The notes beneath the pieces are model-generated. The model was not told where the DNA came from and searched no databases. It worked only from the letters and a program-made list of their open reading frames with translations. The position numbers and the translations under genes were made by a program. A DNA stretch of 6,408 nt from Escherichia phage Copypasta. Where the stretch lies: sequence record OR791786.1; one strand, 5' to 3'. Position 1 is the first letter of the stretch, and every line of letters begins with the position of its first letter. This document shows, in pieces, positions 1-6,206 of this stretch.

Positions 1-45
1 AATAGTGGACTCTTGTTCCAAACTGGAACAACACTCACAACTAAC
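1..45 (+). other. Plus-strand replication origin core, downstream part: 3' arm of the nick-site hairpin (gtggactc, 5..12, pairing with gagtccac at 6394..6401) and a second hairpin at 13..31 (ttgttcc / aaact / ggaacaa); pII recognition region
   Basis: Seen in sequence: inverted repeat 6394..6401 / 5..12 spanning the window junction with an 11-nt loop gttctttaata, and a perfect 7-bp stem at 13..19 / 25..31. Established knowledge: the Ff plus-origin consists of two hairpins downstream of the packaging signal and minus-origin, with pII nicking in the loop of the first. Confidence 0.85.
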
Positions 46-153
46 TCGGCCTATTCTTTTGATTTATAAGGATTTTTGTCATTTTCTGCTTACTGGTTAA
101 AAAATAAGCTGATTTAACAAATATTTAACGCGAAATTTAACAAAACATTAACG
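46..153 (+). promoter_or_regulatory. AT-rich region between the origin core and the gene II promoter, corresponding to the Ff replication enhancer (domain B); contains helically phased TTTAAC repeats
   Basis: Seen in sequence: very AT-rich tract; TTTAAC at 113..118, 124..129 and 136..141 and TTAAC at 148..152, spaced about 11-12 bp. Established knowledge: the Ff origin domain B is an AT-rich enhancer bound by IHF. Exact boundaries are approximate. Confidence 0.6.
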
Positions 154-182
154 TTTACAATTTAAATATTTGCTTATACAAT
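154..182 (+). promoter_or_regulatory. Candidate sigma-70 promoter for gene II: -35 TTTACA (154..159), 17-nt spacer, -10 TACAAT (177..182)
   Basis: Seen in sequence: near-consensus hexamers with optimal 17-nt spacing, about 45 nt upstream of the gene II ATG. Established knowledge: the gene II promoter lies in the intergenic region and the gene II mRNA leader is the target of pV translational repression. The transcription start itself is not determinable from sequence. Confidence 0.6.
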
Positions 183-225
183 CATCCTGTTTTTGGGGCT
201 TTTCTGATTATCAACCGGGGTACAT

Positions 226-1458
226 ATGATTGACATGCTAGTTTTACGATTACCGTTCATCGATTCTCTTGTTTGCTCCAGACTTTCAGGTAATGACCTG
301 ATAGCCTTTGTAGACCTCTCAAAAATAGCTACCCTCTCCGGCATGAATTTATCAGCTAGAACGGTTGAATATCATATTGACGGTGATTTGACTGTCTCCG
401 GCCTTTCTCACCCGTTTGAATCTTTGCCTACTCATTACTCCGGCATTGCATTTAAAATATATGAGGGTTCTAAAAATTTTTATCCCTGCGTTGAAATTAA
501 GGCTTCACCAGCAAAAGTATTACAGGGTCATAATGTTTTTGGTACAACCGATTTAGCTTTATGCTCTGAGGCTTTATTGCTTAATTTTGCTAACTCTCTG
601 CCTTGCCTGTATGATTTATTGGATGTTAACGCTACTACCATTAGTAGAATTGATGCCACCTTTTCAGCTCGCGCCCCAAATGAAAATATAGCTAAACAGG
701 TTATTGACCATTTGCGAAATGTATCTAATGGTCAAACTAAATCTACTCGTTCGCAGAATTGGGAATCAACTGTTACATGGAATGAAACTTCCAGACACCG
801 TACTTTAGTTGCATATTTAAAACATGTTGAACTACAGCACCAGATTCAGCAATTAAGCTCTAAGCCATCCGCAAAAATGACCTCTTATCAAAAGGAGCAA
901 TTAAAGGTACTGTCTAATCCTGACCTGTTGGAATTTGCTTCCGGTCTGGTTCGCTTTGAGGCTCGAATTAAAACGCGATATTTGAAGTCTTTCGGGCTTC
1001 CTCTTAATCTTTTTGATGCAATTCGCTTTGCTTCTGACTATAATAGACAGGGTAAAGACCTTATTTTTGATTTATGGTCATTCTCGTTTTCTGAACTGTT
1101 TAAAGCATTTGAGGGGGATTCAATGAATATTTATGACGATTCCGCAGTATTGGACGCTATCCAGTCTAAACATTTTACAATTACTCCCTCTGGCAAAACT
1201 TCCTTTGCAAAAGCCTCTCGCTATTTTGGTTTCTATCGTCGTCTGGTTAATGAGGGTTATGATAGTGTTGCTCTTACCATGCCTCGTAATTCCTTTTGGC
1301 GTTATGTATCTGCATTAGTTGAGTGCGGTATTCCTAAATCTCAATTGATGAATCTTTCCACCTGTAATAATGTTGTTCCGTTAGTTCGTTTTATTAACGT
1401 AGATTTTTCCTCCCAACGTCCTGACTGGTATAATGAGCCAGTTCTTAAAATCGCATAA
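226..1458 (+). CDS. II: Gene II protein (pII), replication initiator nickase/endonuclease for rolling-circle replication, 410 aa
   Basis: ORF 226..1458 translates to 410 aa beginning MIDMLVLRLPFIDSLVCSRLSGNDL, matching my recollection of Ff pII in sequence and length; position immediately downstream of the intergenic region. Stop TAA at 1456..1458. Confidence 0.96.
   Translation: MIDMLVLRLPFIDSLVCSRLSGNDLIAFVDLSKIATLSGMNLSARTVEYHIDGDLTVSGLSHPFESLPTHYSGIAFKIYEGSKNFYPCVEIKASPAKVLQGHNVFGTTDLALCSEALLLNFANSLPCLYDLLDVNATTISRIDATFSARAPNENIAKQVIDHLRNVSNGQTKSTRSQNWESTVTWNETSRHRTLVAYLKHVELQHQIQQLSSKPSAKMTSYQKEQLKVLSNPDLLEFASGLVRFEARIKTRYLKSFGLPLNLFDAIRFASDYNRQGKDLIFDLWSFSFSELFKAFEGDSMNIYDDSAVLDAIQSKHFTITPSGKTSFAKASRYFGFYRRLVNEGYDSVALTMPRNSFWRYVSALVECGIPKSQLMNLSTCNNVVPLVRFINVDFSSQRPDWYNEPVLKIA
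1123..1458 (+). CDS. X: Gene X protein (pX), 111 aa, translated from an in-frame internal start within gene II; identical to the C-terminal third of pII
   Basis: Seen in sequence: ATG at 1123 in frame with gene II (codon 300), preceded by a strong Shine-Dalgarno-like gagggggatt (1111..1120); product MNIYDDSAVLDAIQSKHF... is 111 aa. Established knowledge: Ff gene X is an in-frame internal restart of gene II yielding a 111-aa protein. Confidence 0.9.
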   Translation: MNIYDDSAVLDAIQSKHFTITPSGKTSFAKASRYFGFYRRLVNEGYDSVALTMPRNSFWRYVSALVECGIPKSQLMNLSTCNNVVPLVRFINVDFSSQRPDWYNEPVLKIA

Positions 1459-1469
1459 GGTAATTCAAA

Positions 1470-1733
1470 ATGATTAAAGTTGAAATTAAACCATCTCAAG
1501 CGCAATTTACTACCCGTTCTGGTGTTTCTCGTCAGGGCAAGCCTTATTCACTGAATGAGCAGCTTTGTTACGTTGATTTGGGTAATGAATATCCGGTGCT
1601 TGTCAAGATTACTCTCGACGAAGGTCAGCCAGCGTATGCGCCTGGTCTGTACACCGTGCATCTGTCCTCGTTCAAAGTTGGTCAGTTCGGTTCTCTTATG
1701 ATTGACCGTCTGCGCCTCGTTCCGGCTAAGTAA
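1470..1733 (+). CDS. V: Gene V protein (pV), single-stranded DNA-binding protein, 87 aa
   Basis: ORF 1470..1733, 87 aa, MIKVEIKPSQAQFTTRSGVSRQGKPYSLNEQLCYVDLGNEYPVLVKITLDEGQPAYAPGLYTVHLSSFKVGQFGSLMIDRLRLVPAK, matching Ff gene 5 protein as I recall it; SD-like aagg at 1457..1460. Confidence 0.97.
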   Translation: MIKVEIKPSQAQFTTRSGVSRQGKPYSLNEQLCYVDLGNEYPVLVKITLDEGQPAYAPGLYTVHLSSFKVGQFGSLMIDRLRLVPAK

Positions 1734-1734
1734 C

Positions 1735-1836
1735 ATGGAGCAGGTCGCGGATTTCGACACAATTTATCAGGCGATGATACAAATCTCCGTTGTACTTTGT
1801 TTCGCGCTTGGTATAATCGCTGGGGGTCAAAGATGA
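1735..1836 (+). CDS. VII: Gene VII protein (pVII), minor coat protein at the tip of the virion that emerges first, 33 aa
   Basis: ATG at 1735, one nucleotide after the gene V stop (taaCatg); translates to MEQVADFDTIYQAMIQISVVLCFALGIIAGGQR (33 aa); stop TGA 1834..1836. Too short for the ORF track but matches known pVII. No Shine-Dalgarno, consistent with translational coupling to gene V. Confidence 0.9.
   Translation: MEQVADFDTIYQAMIQISVVLCFALGIIAGGQR
1790..1817 (+). promoter_or_regulatory. Candidate strong sigma-70 promoter upstream of genes IX/VIII: -35 TTGTAC (1790..1795), 16-nt spacer, extended -10 TGgTATAAT (1809..1817)
   Basis: Seen in sequence: consensus TATAAT with an upstream TG (extended -10) and a reasonable -35, embedded in the gene VII coding sequence. 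Established knowledge: Ff phages have a strong promoter feeding the abundantly expressed gene VIII. The exact identity with the mapped promoter is inferred. Confidence 0.5.
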
Positions 1837-1931
1837 GTGTTTTAGTGTATTCTTTCGCCTCTTTCGTTTTAGGTTGGTGCCTTCGTAGTGGCATTACGTA
1901 TTTTACCCGTTTAATGGAAACTTCCTCATGA
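1833..1931 (+). CDS. IX: Gene IX protein (pIX), minor coat protein at the tip of the virion that emerges first, 32 aa
   Basis: ATG at 1833 overlaps the gene VII stop (aTGA); translates to MSVLVYSFASFVLGWCLRSGITYFTRLMETSS (32 aa); stop TGA 1929..1931 overlaps the gene VIII ATG. Confidence 0.9.
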   Translation: MSVLVYSFASFVLGWCLRSGITYFTRLMETSS

Positions 1932-2149
1932 AAAAGTCTTTAGTCCTCAAAGCCTCCGTAGCCGTTGCTACCCTCGTTCCTATGCTGTCTTTCGCTGCTG
2001 AGGGTGACGATCCCGCAAAAGCGGCCTTTGACTCCCTGCAAGCCTCAGCGACCGAATATATCGGTTATGCGTGGGCGATGGTTGTTGTCATTGTCGGCGC
2101 AACTATCGGTATCAAGCTGTTTAAGAAATTCACCTCGAAAGCAAGCTGA
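1928..2149 (+). CDS. VIII: Gene VIII protein (pVIII), major coat protein precursor, 73 aa (23-aa signal peptide plus 50-aa mature protein)
   Basis: ORF 1928..2149, 73 aa: MKKSLVLKASVAVATLVPMLSFA / AEGDDPAKAAFDSLQASATEYIGYAWAMVVVIVGATIGIKLFKKFTSKAS. Mature residue 12 is Asp, which I recall as the fd form (Asn in M13/f1). Confidence 0.98.
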   Translation: MKKSLVLKASVAVATLVPMLSFAAEGDDPAKAAFDSLQASATEYIGYAWAMVVVIVGATIGIKLFKKFTSKAS

Positions 2150-2164
2150 TAAACCGATACAATT

Positions 2165-2192
2165 AAAGGCTCCTTTTGGAGCCTTTTTTTTT
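2165..2192 (+). terminator. Rho-independent terminator after gene VIII (central Ff terminator): stem aaaggctcc / loop tttt / ggagccttt followed by a T-run
   Basis: Seen in sequence: GC-containing inverted repeat 2165..2173 / 2178..2186 followed by eight or more T residues (2184..2192). Established knowledge: Ff phages have a strong rho-independent terminator immediately distal to gene VIII. Confidence 0.9.
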
Positions 2193-2205
2193 GGAGATTT
2201 TCAAC

Positions 2206-3480
2206 GTGAAAAAATTATTATTCGCAATTCCTTTAGTTGTTCCTTTCTATTCTCACTCCGCTGAAACTGTTGAAAGTTGTTTAGCAAAACCTCATACAGA
2301 AAATTCATTTACTAACGTCTGGAAAGACGACAAAACTTTAGATCGTTACGCTAACTATGAGGGCTGTCTGTGGAATGCTACAGGCGTTGTGGTTTGTACT
2401 GGTGACGAAACTCAGTGTTACGGTACATGGGTTCCTATTGGGCTTGCTATCCCTGAAAATGAGGGTGGTGGCTCTGAGGGTGGCGGTTCAGAGGGTGGCG
2501 GTTCTGAGGGTGGCGGTACTAAACCTCCTGAGTACGGTGATACACCTATTCCGGGCTATACTTATATCAACCCTCTCGACGGCACTTATCCGCCTGGTAC
2601 TGAGCAAAACCCCGCTAATCCTAATCCTTCTCTTGAGGAGTCTCAGCCTCTTAATACTTTCATGTTTCAGAATAATAGGTTCCGAAATAGGCAGGGTGCA
2701 TTAACTGTTTATACGGGCACTGTTACTCAAGGCACTGACCCCGTTAAAACTTATTACCAGTACACTCCTGTATCATCAAAAGCCATGTATGACGCTTACT
2801 GGAACGGTAAATTCAGAGACTGCGCTTTCCATTCTGGCTTTAATGAGGATCCATTCGTTTGTGAATATCAAGGTCAATCGTCTGACCTGCCTCAACCTCC
2901 TGTTAATGCTGGCGGCGGCTCTGGTGGTGGTTCTGGTGGCGGCTCTGAGGGTGGTGGCTCTGAGGGTGGCGGTTCTGAGGGTGGCGACTCTGAGGGTGGC
3001 GGTTCCGGTGGTGGCTCTGGTTCCGGTGATTTTGATTATGAAAAGATGGCAAACGCTAATAAGGGGGCTATGACCGAAAATGCCGATGAAAACGCGCTAC
3101 AGTCTGACGCTAAAGGCAAACTTGATTCTGTCGCTACTGATTACGGTGCTGCTATCGACGGTTTCATTGGTGACGTTTCCGGCCTTGCTAATGGTAATGG
3201 GGCTACTGGTGATTTTGCTGGCTCTAATTCCCAAATGGCTCAAGTCGGTGACGGTGATAATTCGCCTTTAATGAATAATTTCCGTCAATATTTACCTTCT
3301 TTGCCTCAGTCGGTTGAATGTCGCCCTTATGTCTTTGGCGCTGGTAAACCATATGAGTTTTCTATTGATTGTGACAAAATAAACTTATTCCGTGGTGTCT
3401 TTGCGTTTCTTTTATATGTTGCCACCTTTATGTATGTATTTTCGACGTTTGCTAACATACTGCGTAATAAGGAGTCTTAA
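2206..3480 (+). CDS. III: Gene III protein (pIII), minor coat/adsorption protein precursor, 424 aa (18-aa signal peptide; N1 and N2 domains, two Gly-rich linkers, C-terminal anchor domain); GTG start
   Basis: Translation from GTG 2206: [18 protein letters not shown] / [62 protein letters not shown]..., ending ...[10 protein letters not shown]; 424 codons. SD GGAG at 2193..2196, 9 nt upstream of the GTG. The C-terminal [14 protein letters not shown] is the fd-type sequence as I recall it. The ORF track's ATG at 2176 lies inside the terminator hairpin and is not the start. Confidence 0.96.
   Translation: MKKLLFAIPLVVPFYSHSAETVESCLAKPHTENSFTNVWKDDKTLDRYANYEGCLWNATGVVVCTGDETQCYGTWVPIGLAIPENEGGGSEGGGSEGGGSEGGGTKPPEYGDTPIPGYTYINPLDGTYPPGTEQNPANPNPSLEESQPLNTFMFQNNRFRNRQGALTVYTGTVTQGTDPVKTYYQYTPVSSKAMYDAYWNGKFRDCAFHSGFNEDPFVCEYQGQSSDLPQPPVNAGGGSGGGSGGGSEGGGSEGGGSEGGDSEGGGSGGGSGSGDFDYEKMANANKGAMTENADENALQSDAKGKLDSVATDYGAAIDGFIGDVSGLANGNGATGDFAGSNSQMAQVGDGDNSPLMNNFRQYLPSLPQSVECRPYVFGAGKPYEFSIDCDKINLFRGVFAFLLYVATFMYVFSTFANILRNKES
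2461..2520 (+). repeat. Four tandem 15-bp repeats (GAGGGTGGYGGYWCW) encoding (EGGGS)3-EGGGT, the first glycine-rich linker of pIII
   Basis: Seen in sequence: gagggtggtggctct / gagggtggcggttca / gagggtggcggttct / gagggtggcggtact. Confidence 0.95.
2911..3027 (+). repeat. Tandem GGT/GGC-rich repeats encoding the second glycine-rich linker of pIII (GGGS and EGGGS units)
   Basis: Seen in sequence: repeated ggtggcggctct / gagggtggcggttct units; translation [39 protein letters not shown]. One unit reads GGC GAC TCT (Asp at 2986..2988) instead of the Gly codon present in the other units. Confidence 0.95.
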
Positions 3481-3482
3481 TC

Positions 3483-3821
3483 ATGCCAGTTCTTTTGGGT
3501 ATTCCGTTATTATTGCGTTTCCTCGGTTTCCTTCTGGTAACTTTGTTCGGCTATCTGCTTACTTTCCTTAAAAAGGGCTTCGGTAAGATAGCTATTGCTA
3601 TTTCATTGTTTCTTGCTCTTATTATTGGGCTTAACTCAATTCTTGTGGGTTATCTCTCTGATATTAGCGCACAATTACCCTCTGATTTTGTTCAGGGCGT
3701 TCAGTTAATTCTCCCGTCTAATGCGCTTCCCTGTTTTTATGTTATTCTCTCTGTTAAGGCTGCTATTTTCATTTTTGACGTTAAACAAAAAATCGTTTCT
3801 TATTTGGATTGGGATAAATAA
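3483..3821 (+). CDS. VI: Gene VI protein (pVI), minor coat protein at the pIII end of the virion, 112 aa
   Basis: ORF 3483..3821, 112 aa, MPVLLGIPLLLRFLGFLLVTLFGYLLTFLKKGFGKIAIAISLF...; starts 2 nt after the gene III stop. Confidence 0.96.
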   Translation: MPVLLGIPLLLRFLGFLLVTLFGYLLTFLKKGFGKIAIAISLFLALIIGLNSILVGYLSDISAQLPSDFVQGVQLILPSNALPCFYVILSVKAAIFIFDVKQKIVSYLDWDK

Positions 3822-3823
3822 AT

Positions 3824-4870
3824 ATGGCTGTTTATTTTGTAACTGGCAAATTAGGCTCTGGAAAGACGCTCGTTAGCGTTGGTAAGATTCAGGATAAAAT
3901 TGTAGCTGGGTGCAAAATAGCAACTAATCTTGATTTAAGGCTTCAAAACCTCCCGCAAGTCGGGAGGTTCGCTAAAACGCCTCGCGTTCTTAGAATACCG
4001 GATAAGCCTTCTATTTCTGATTTGCTTGCTATTGGGCGTGGTAATGATTCCTACGACGAAAATAAAAACGGTTTGCTTGTTCTTGATGAATGCGGTACTT
4101 GGTTTAATACCCGTTCATGGAATGACAAGGAAAGACAGCCGATTATTGATTGGTTTCTTCATGCTCGTAAATTGGGATGGGATATTATTTTTCTTGTTCA
4201 GGATTTATCTATTGTTGATAAACAGGCGCGTTCTGCATTAGCTGAACACGTTGTTTATTGTCGCCGTCTGGACAGAATTACTTTACCCTTTGTCGGCACT
4301 TTATATTCTCTTGTTACTGGCTCAAAAATGCCTCTGCCTAAATTACATGTTGGTGTTGTTAAATATGGTGATTCTCAATTAAGCCCTACTGTTGAGCGTT
4401 GGCTTTATACTGGTAAGAATTTATATAACGCATATGACACTAAACAGGCTTTTTCCAGTAATTATGATTCAGGTGTTTATTCATATTTAACCCCTTATTT
4501 ATCACACGGTCGGTATTTCAAACCATTAAATTTAGGTCAGAAGATGAAATTAACTAAAATATATTTGAAAAAGTTTTCTCGCGTTCTTTGTCTTGCGATA
4601 GGATTTGCATCAGCATTTACATATAGTTATATAACCCAACCTAAGCCGGAGGTTAAAAAGGTAGTCTCTCAGACCTATGATTTTGATAAATTCACTATTG
4701 ACTCTTCTCAGCGTCTTAATCTAAGCTATCGCTATGTTTTCAAGGATTCTAAGGGAAAATTAATTAATAGCGACGATTTACAGAAGCAAGGTTATTCCAT
4801 CACATATATTGATTTATGTACTGTTTCAATTAAAAAAGGTAATTCAAATGAAATTGTTAAATGTAATTAA
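3824..4870 (+). CDS. I: Gene I protein (pI), inner-membrane assembly ATPase, 348 aa, with Walker A motif GKLGSGKT near the N-terminus
   Basis: ORF 3824..4870, 348 aa, MAVYFVTGKLGSGKTLVSVGKIQDKIVAGCKIATNLDLRL...; P-loop motif GSGKT seen in the translation; starts 2 nt after the gene VI stop. Confidence 0.96.
   Translation: MAVYFVTGKLGSGKTLVSVGKIQDKIVAGCKIATNLDLRLQNLPQVGRFAKTPRVLRIPDKPSISDLLAIGRGNDSYDENKNGLLVLDECGTWFNTRSWNDKERQPIIDWFLHARKLGWDIIFLVQDLSIVDKQARSALAEHVVYCRRLDRITLPFVGTLYSLVTGSKMPLPKLHVGVVKYGDSQLSPTVERWLYTGKNLYNAYDTKQAFSSNYDSGVYSYLTPYLSHGRYFKPLNLGQKMKLTKIYLKKFSRVLCLAIGFASAFTYSYITQPKPEVKKVVSQTYDFDKFTIDSSQRLNLSYRYVFKDSKGKLINSDDLQKQGYSITYIDLCTVSIKKGNSNEIVKCN
3947..3969 (+). other. Perfect 9-bp inverted repeat with 5-nt loop (aacctcccg / caagt / cgggaggtt) inside the gene I coding sequence
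   Basis: Seen in sequence at 3947..3955 and 3961..3969; encodes QNLPQVGRF. Function is not determinable from sequence; candidates are an mRNA structural or processing element or part of the rho-dependent termination region reported within Ff gene I. Confidence 0.5.
4544..4870 (+). CDS. XI: Gene XI protein (pXI), 108 aa, in-frame internal translation start within gene I (Met241 of pI); membrane assembly protein
   Basis: Seen in sequence: ATG at 4544 in frame with gene I (codon 241), product MKLTKIYLKKFSRVLCLAIGFASAFTYSYI... is 108 aa with a hydrophobic segment. Established knowledge: Ff gene XI is an internal in-frame restart of gene I giving a 108-aa protein. Confidence 0.85.
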   Translation: MKLTKIYLKKFSRVLCLAIGFASAFTYSYITQPKPEVKKVVSQTYDFDKFTIDSSQRLNLSYRYVFKDSKGKLINSDDLQKQGYSITYIDLCTVSIKKGNSNEIVKCN

Positions 4871-6128
4871 TTTTGTTTTCTTGATGTTTGTTTCATCATC
4901 TTCTTTTGCTCAAGTAATTGAAATGAATAATTCGCCTCTGCGCGATTTCGTTACTTGGTATTCAAAGCAAACAGGTGAATCTGTTATTGTCTCACCTGAT
5001 GTTAAAGGTACTGTGACTGTATATTCCTCTGACGTTAAGCCTGAAAATTTACGCAATTTCTTTATCTCTGTTTTACGTGCTAATAATTTTGATATGGTTG
5101 GCTCTAATCCTTCCATAATTCAGAAATATAACCCAAATAGTCAGGATTATATTGATGAATTGCCATCATCTGATATTCAGGAATATGATGATAATTCCGC
5201 TCCTTCTGGTGGTTTCTTTGTTCCGCAAAATGATAATGTTACTCAAACATTTAAAATTAATAACGTTCGCGCAAAGGATTTAATAAGGGTTGTAGAATTG
5301 TTTGTTAAATCTAATACATCTAAATCCTCAAATGTATTATCTGTTGATGGTTCTAACTTATTAGTAGTTAGCGCCCCTAAAGATATTTTAGATAACCTTC
5401 CGCAATTTCTTTCGACTGTTGATTTGCCAACTGACCAGATATTGATTGAAGGATTAATTTTCGAGGTTCAGCAAGGTGATGCTTTAGATTTTTCCTTTGC
5501 TGCTGGCTCTCAGCGCGGCACTGTTGCTGGTGGTGTTAATACTGACCGCCTCACCTCTGTTTTATCTTCTGCGGGTGGCTCGTTCGGTATTTTTAACGGC
5601 GATGTTTTAGGGCTATCAGTTCGCGCATTAAAGACTAATAGCCATTCAAAAATATTGTCTGTGCCTCGTATTCTTACGCTTTCAGGTCAGAAGGGTTCTA
5701 TTTCTGTTGGCCAGAATGTCCCTTTTATTACTGGTCGTGTAACTGGTGAATCTGCCAATGTAAATAATCCATTTCAGACAATTGAGCGTCAAAATGTTGG
5801 TATTTCTATGAGTGTTTTTCCGGTTGCAATGGCTGGCGGTAATATTGTTCTGGATATTACTAGCAAGGCCGATAGTTTGAGTTCTTCTACTCAGGCAAGT
5901 GATGTTATTACTAATCAAAGAAGTATTGCGACAACGGTTAATTTGCGTGATGGACAGACTCTTTTACTCGGTGGCCTCACTGATTATAAAAACACTTCTC
6001 AGGATTCTGGCGTACCGTTCCTGTCTAAAATCCCTTTAATCGGCCTCCTGTTTAGCTCCCGCTCTGATTCTAACGAGGAAAGCACGTTATACGTGCTCGT
6101 CAAAGCAACCATAGTACGCGCCCTGTAG
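4848..6128 (+). CDS. IV: Gene IV protein (pIV), outer-membrane secretin for phage export, 426-aa precursor with a 21-aa signal peptide
   Basis: ATG at 4848 preceded by SD-like aaggt (4836..4840); translation MKLLNVINFVFLMFVSSSSFA / QVIEMNNSPLRDFVTWYSKQ..., ending ...YVLVKATIVRAL; overlaps the 3' end of gene I by 23 nt in a different frame. The ORF track's upstream ATG at 4809 would add 13 residues in front of the signal peptide and is not the start. Confidence 0.95.
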   Translation: MKLLNVINFVFLMFVSSSSFAQVIEMNNSPLRDFVTWYSKQTGESVIVSPDVKGTVTVYSSDVKPENLRNFFISVLRANNFDMVGSNPSIIQKYNPNSQDYIDELPSSDIQEYDDNSAPSGGFFVPQNDNVTQTFKINNVRAKDLIRVVELFVKSNTSKSSNVLSVDGSNLLVVSAPKDILDNLPQFLSTVDLPTDQILIEGLIFEVQQGDALDFSFAAGSQRGTVAGGVNTDRLTSVLSSAGGSFGIFNGDVLGLSVRALKTNSHSKILSVPRILTLSGQKGSISVGQNVPFITGRVTGESANVNNPFQTIERQNVGISMSVFPVAMAGGNIVLDITSKADSLSSSTQASDVITNQRSIATTVNLRDGQTLLLGGLTDYKNTSQDSGVPFLSKIPLIGLLFSSRSDSNEESTLYVLVKATIVRAL

Positions 6129-6206
6129 CGGCGCATTAAGCGCGGCGGGTGTGGTGGTTACGCGCAGCGTGACCGCTACACTTGCCAGCGCCCTAGCGCC
6201 CGCTCC
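6128..6206 (+). other. Packaging signal (morphogenetic signal) imperfect hairpin immediately after gene IV; may also contribute to transcription termination
   Basis: Seen in sequence: GC-rich region with extensive self-complementarity (for example gtagcgg ... ccgctac, and gcgcattaagcgcggcggg with gcgccctagcgcccgc partners). Established knowledge: the Ff packaging signal is a roughly 78-nt hairpin at the start of the intergenic region. Coordinates are approximate. Confidence 0.7.

Noticed and set aside
1133-1318. 61-aa alternate-frame ORF inside gene II
   Set aside because: Out of frame with II and X, with no ribosome-binding site; not a known Ff gene.
1548-1894. Minus-strand ORFs 1548..1760 and 1682..1894
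   Set aside because: Ff phages are transcribed from one strand only (the template is the complementary strand, with all genes in viral-strand sense); these ORFs oppose genes V, VII and IX and have no support.
2176-2205. ATG at 2176 as start of gene III, giving the 434-aa ORF in the supplied track
   Set aside because: This ATG lies inside the gene VIII terminator hairpin and T-run and has no Shine-Dalgarno; the known pIII precursor begins at the GTG at 2206 ([18 protein letters not shown] signal peptide), which is preceded by GGAG at the correct spacing.
1965-2264. 99-aa ORF overlapping gene VIII, the terminator and the start of gene III
   Set aside because: Spans the rho-independent terminator and overlaps two well-established genes out of frame; not a known product.
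2461-3027. Gly-codon tandem repeats as a CRISPR array or mobile-element repeat
   Set aside because: The repeats are in frame within gene III and encode the known Gly-Ser linkers; the units are 12-15 bp with no spacers, unlike CRISPR architecture.
2357-3271. Alternate-frame ORFs inside gene III (2357..2704, 2789..3073, 3080..3271)
   Set aside because: They overlap gene III out of frame and their translations are low-complexity (L/V/A/R-rich), typical of off-frame reading of Gly-codon-rich DNA; no start signals and no known Ff products.
4026-4241. 71-aa alternate-frame ORF inside gene I
   Set aside because: Out-of-frame overlap with gene I, no translation signals, not a known Ff gene.
4809-4847. 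ATG at 4809 as start of gene IV, giving the 439-aa ORF in the supplied track
   Set aside because: The canonical pIV signal peptide begins MKLLNVINFVFLMFVSSSSFA at ATG 4848, which has an SD-like aaggt 7 nt upstream; the upstream extension would place 13 residues in front of the signal peptide.
4910-5918. Minus-strand ORFs 4910..5116 and 5682..5918 antisense to gene IV
   Set aside because: Same reasoning: antisense to an established gene, with no promoter or RBS evidence and no known products.
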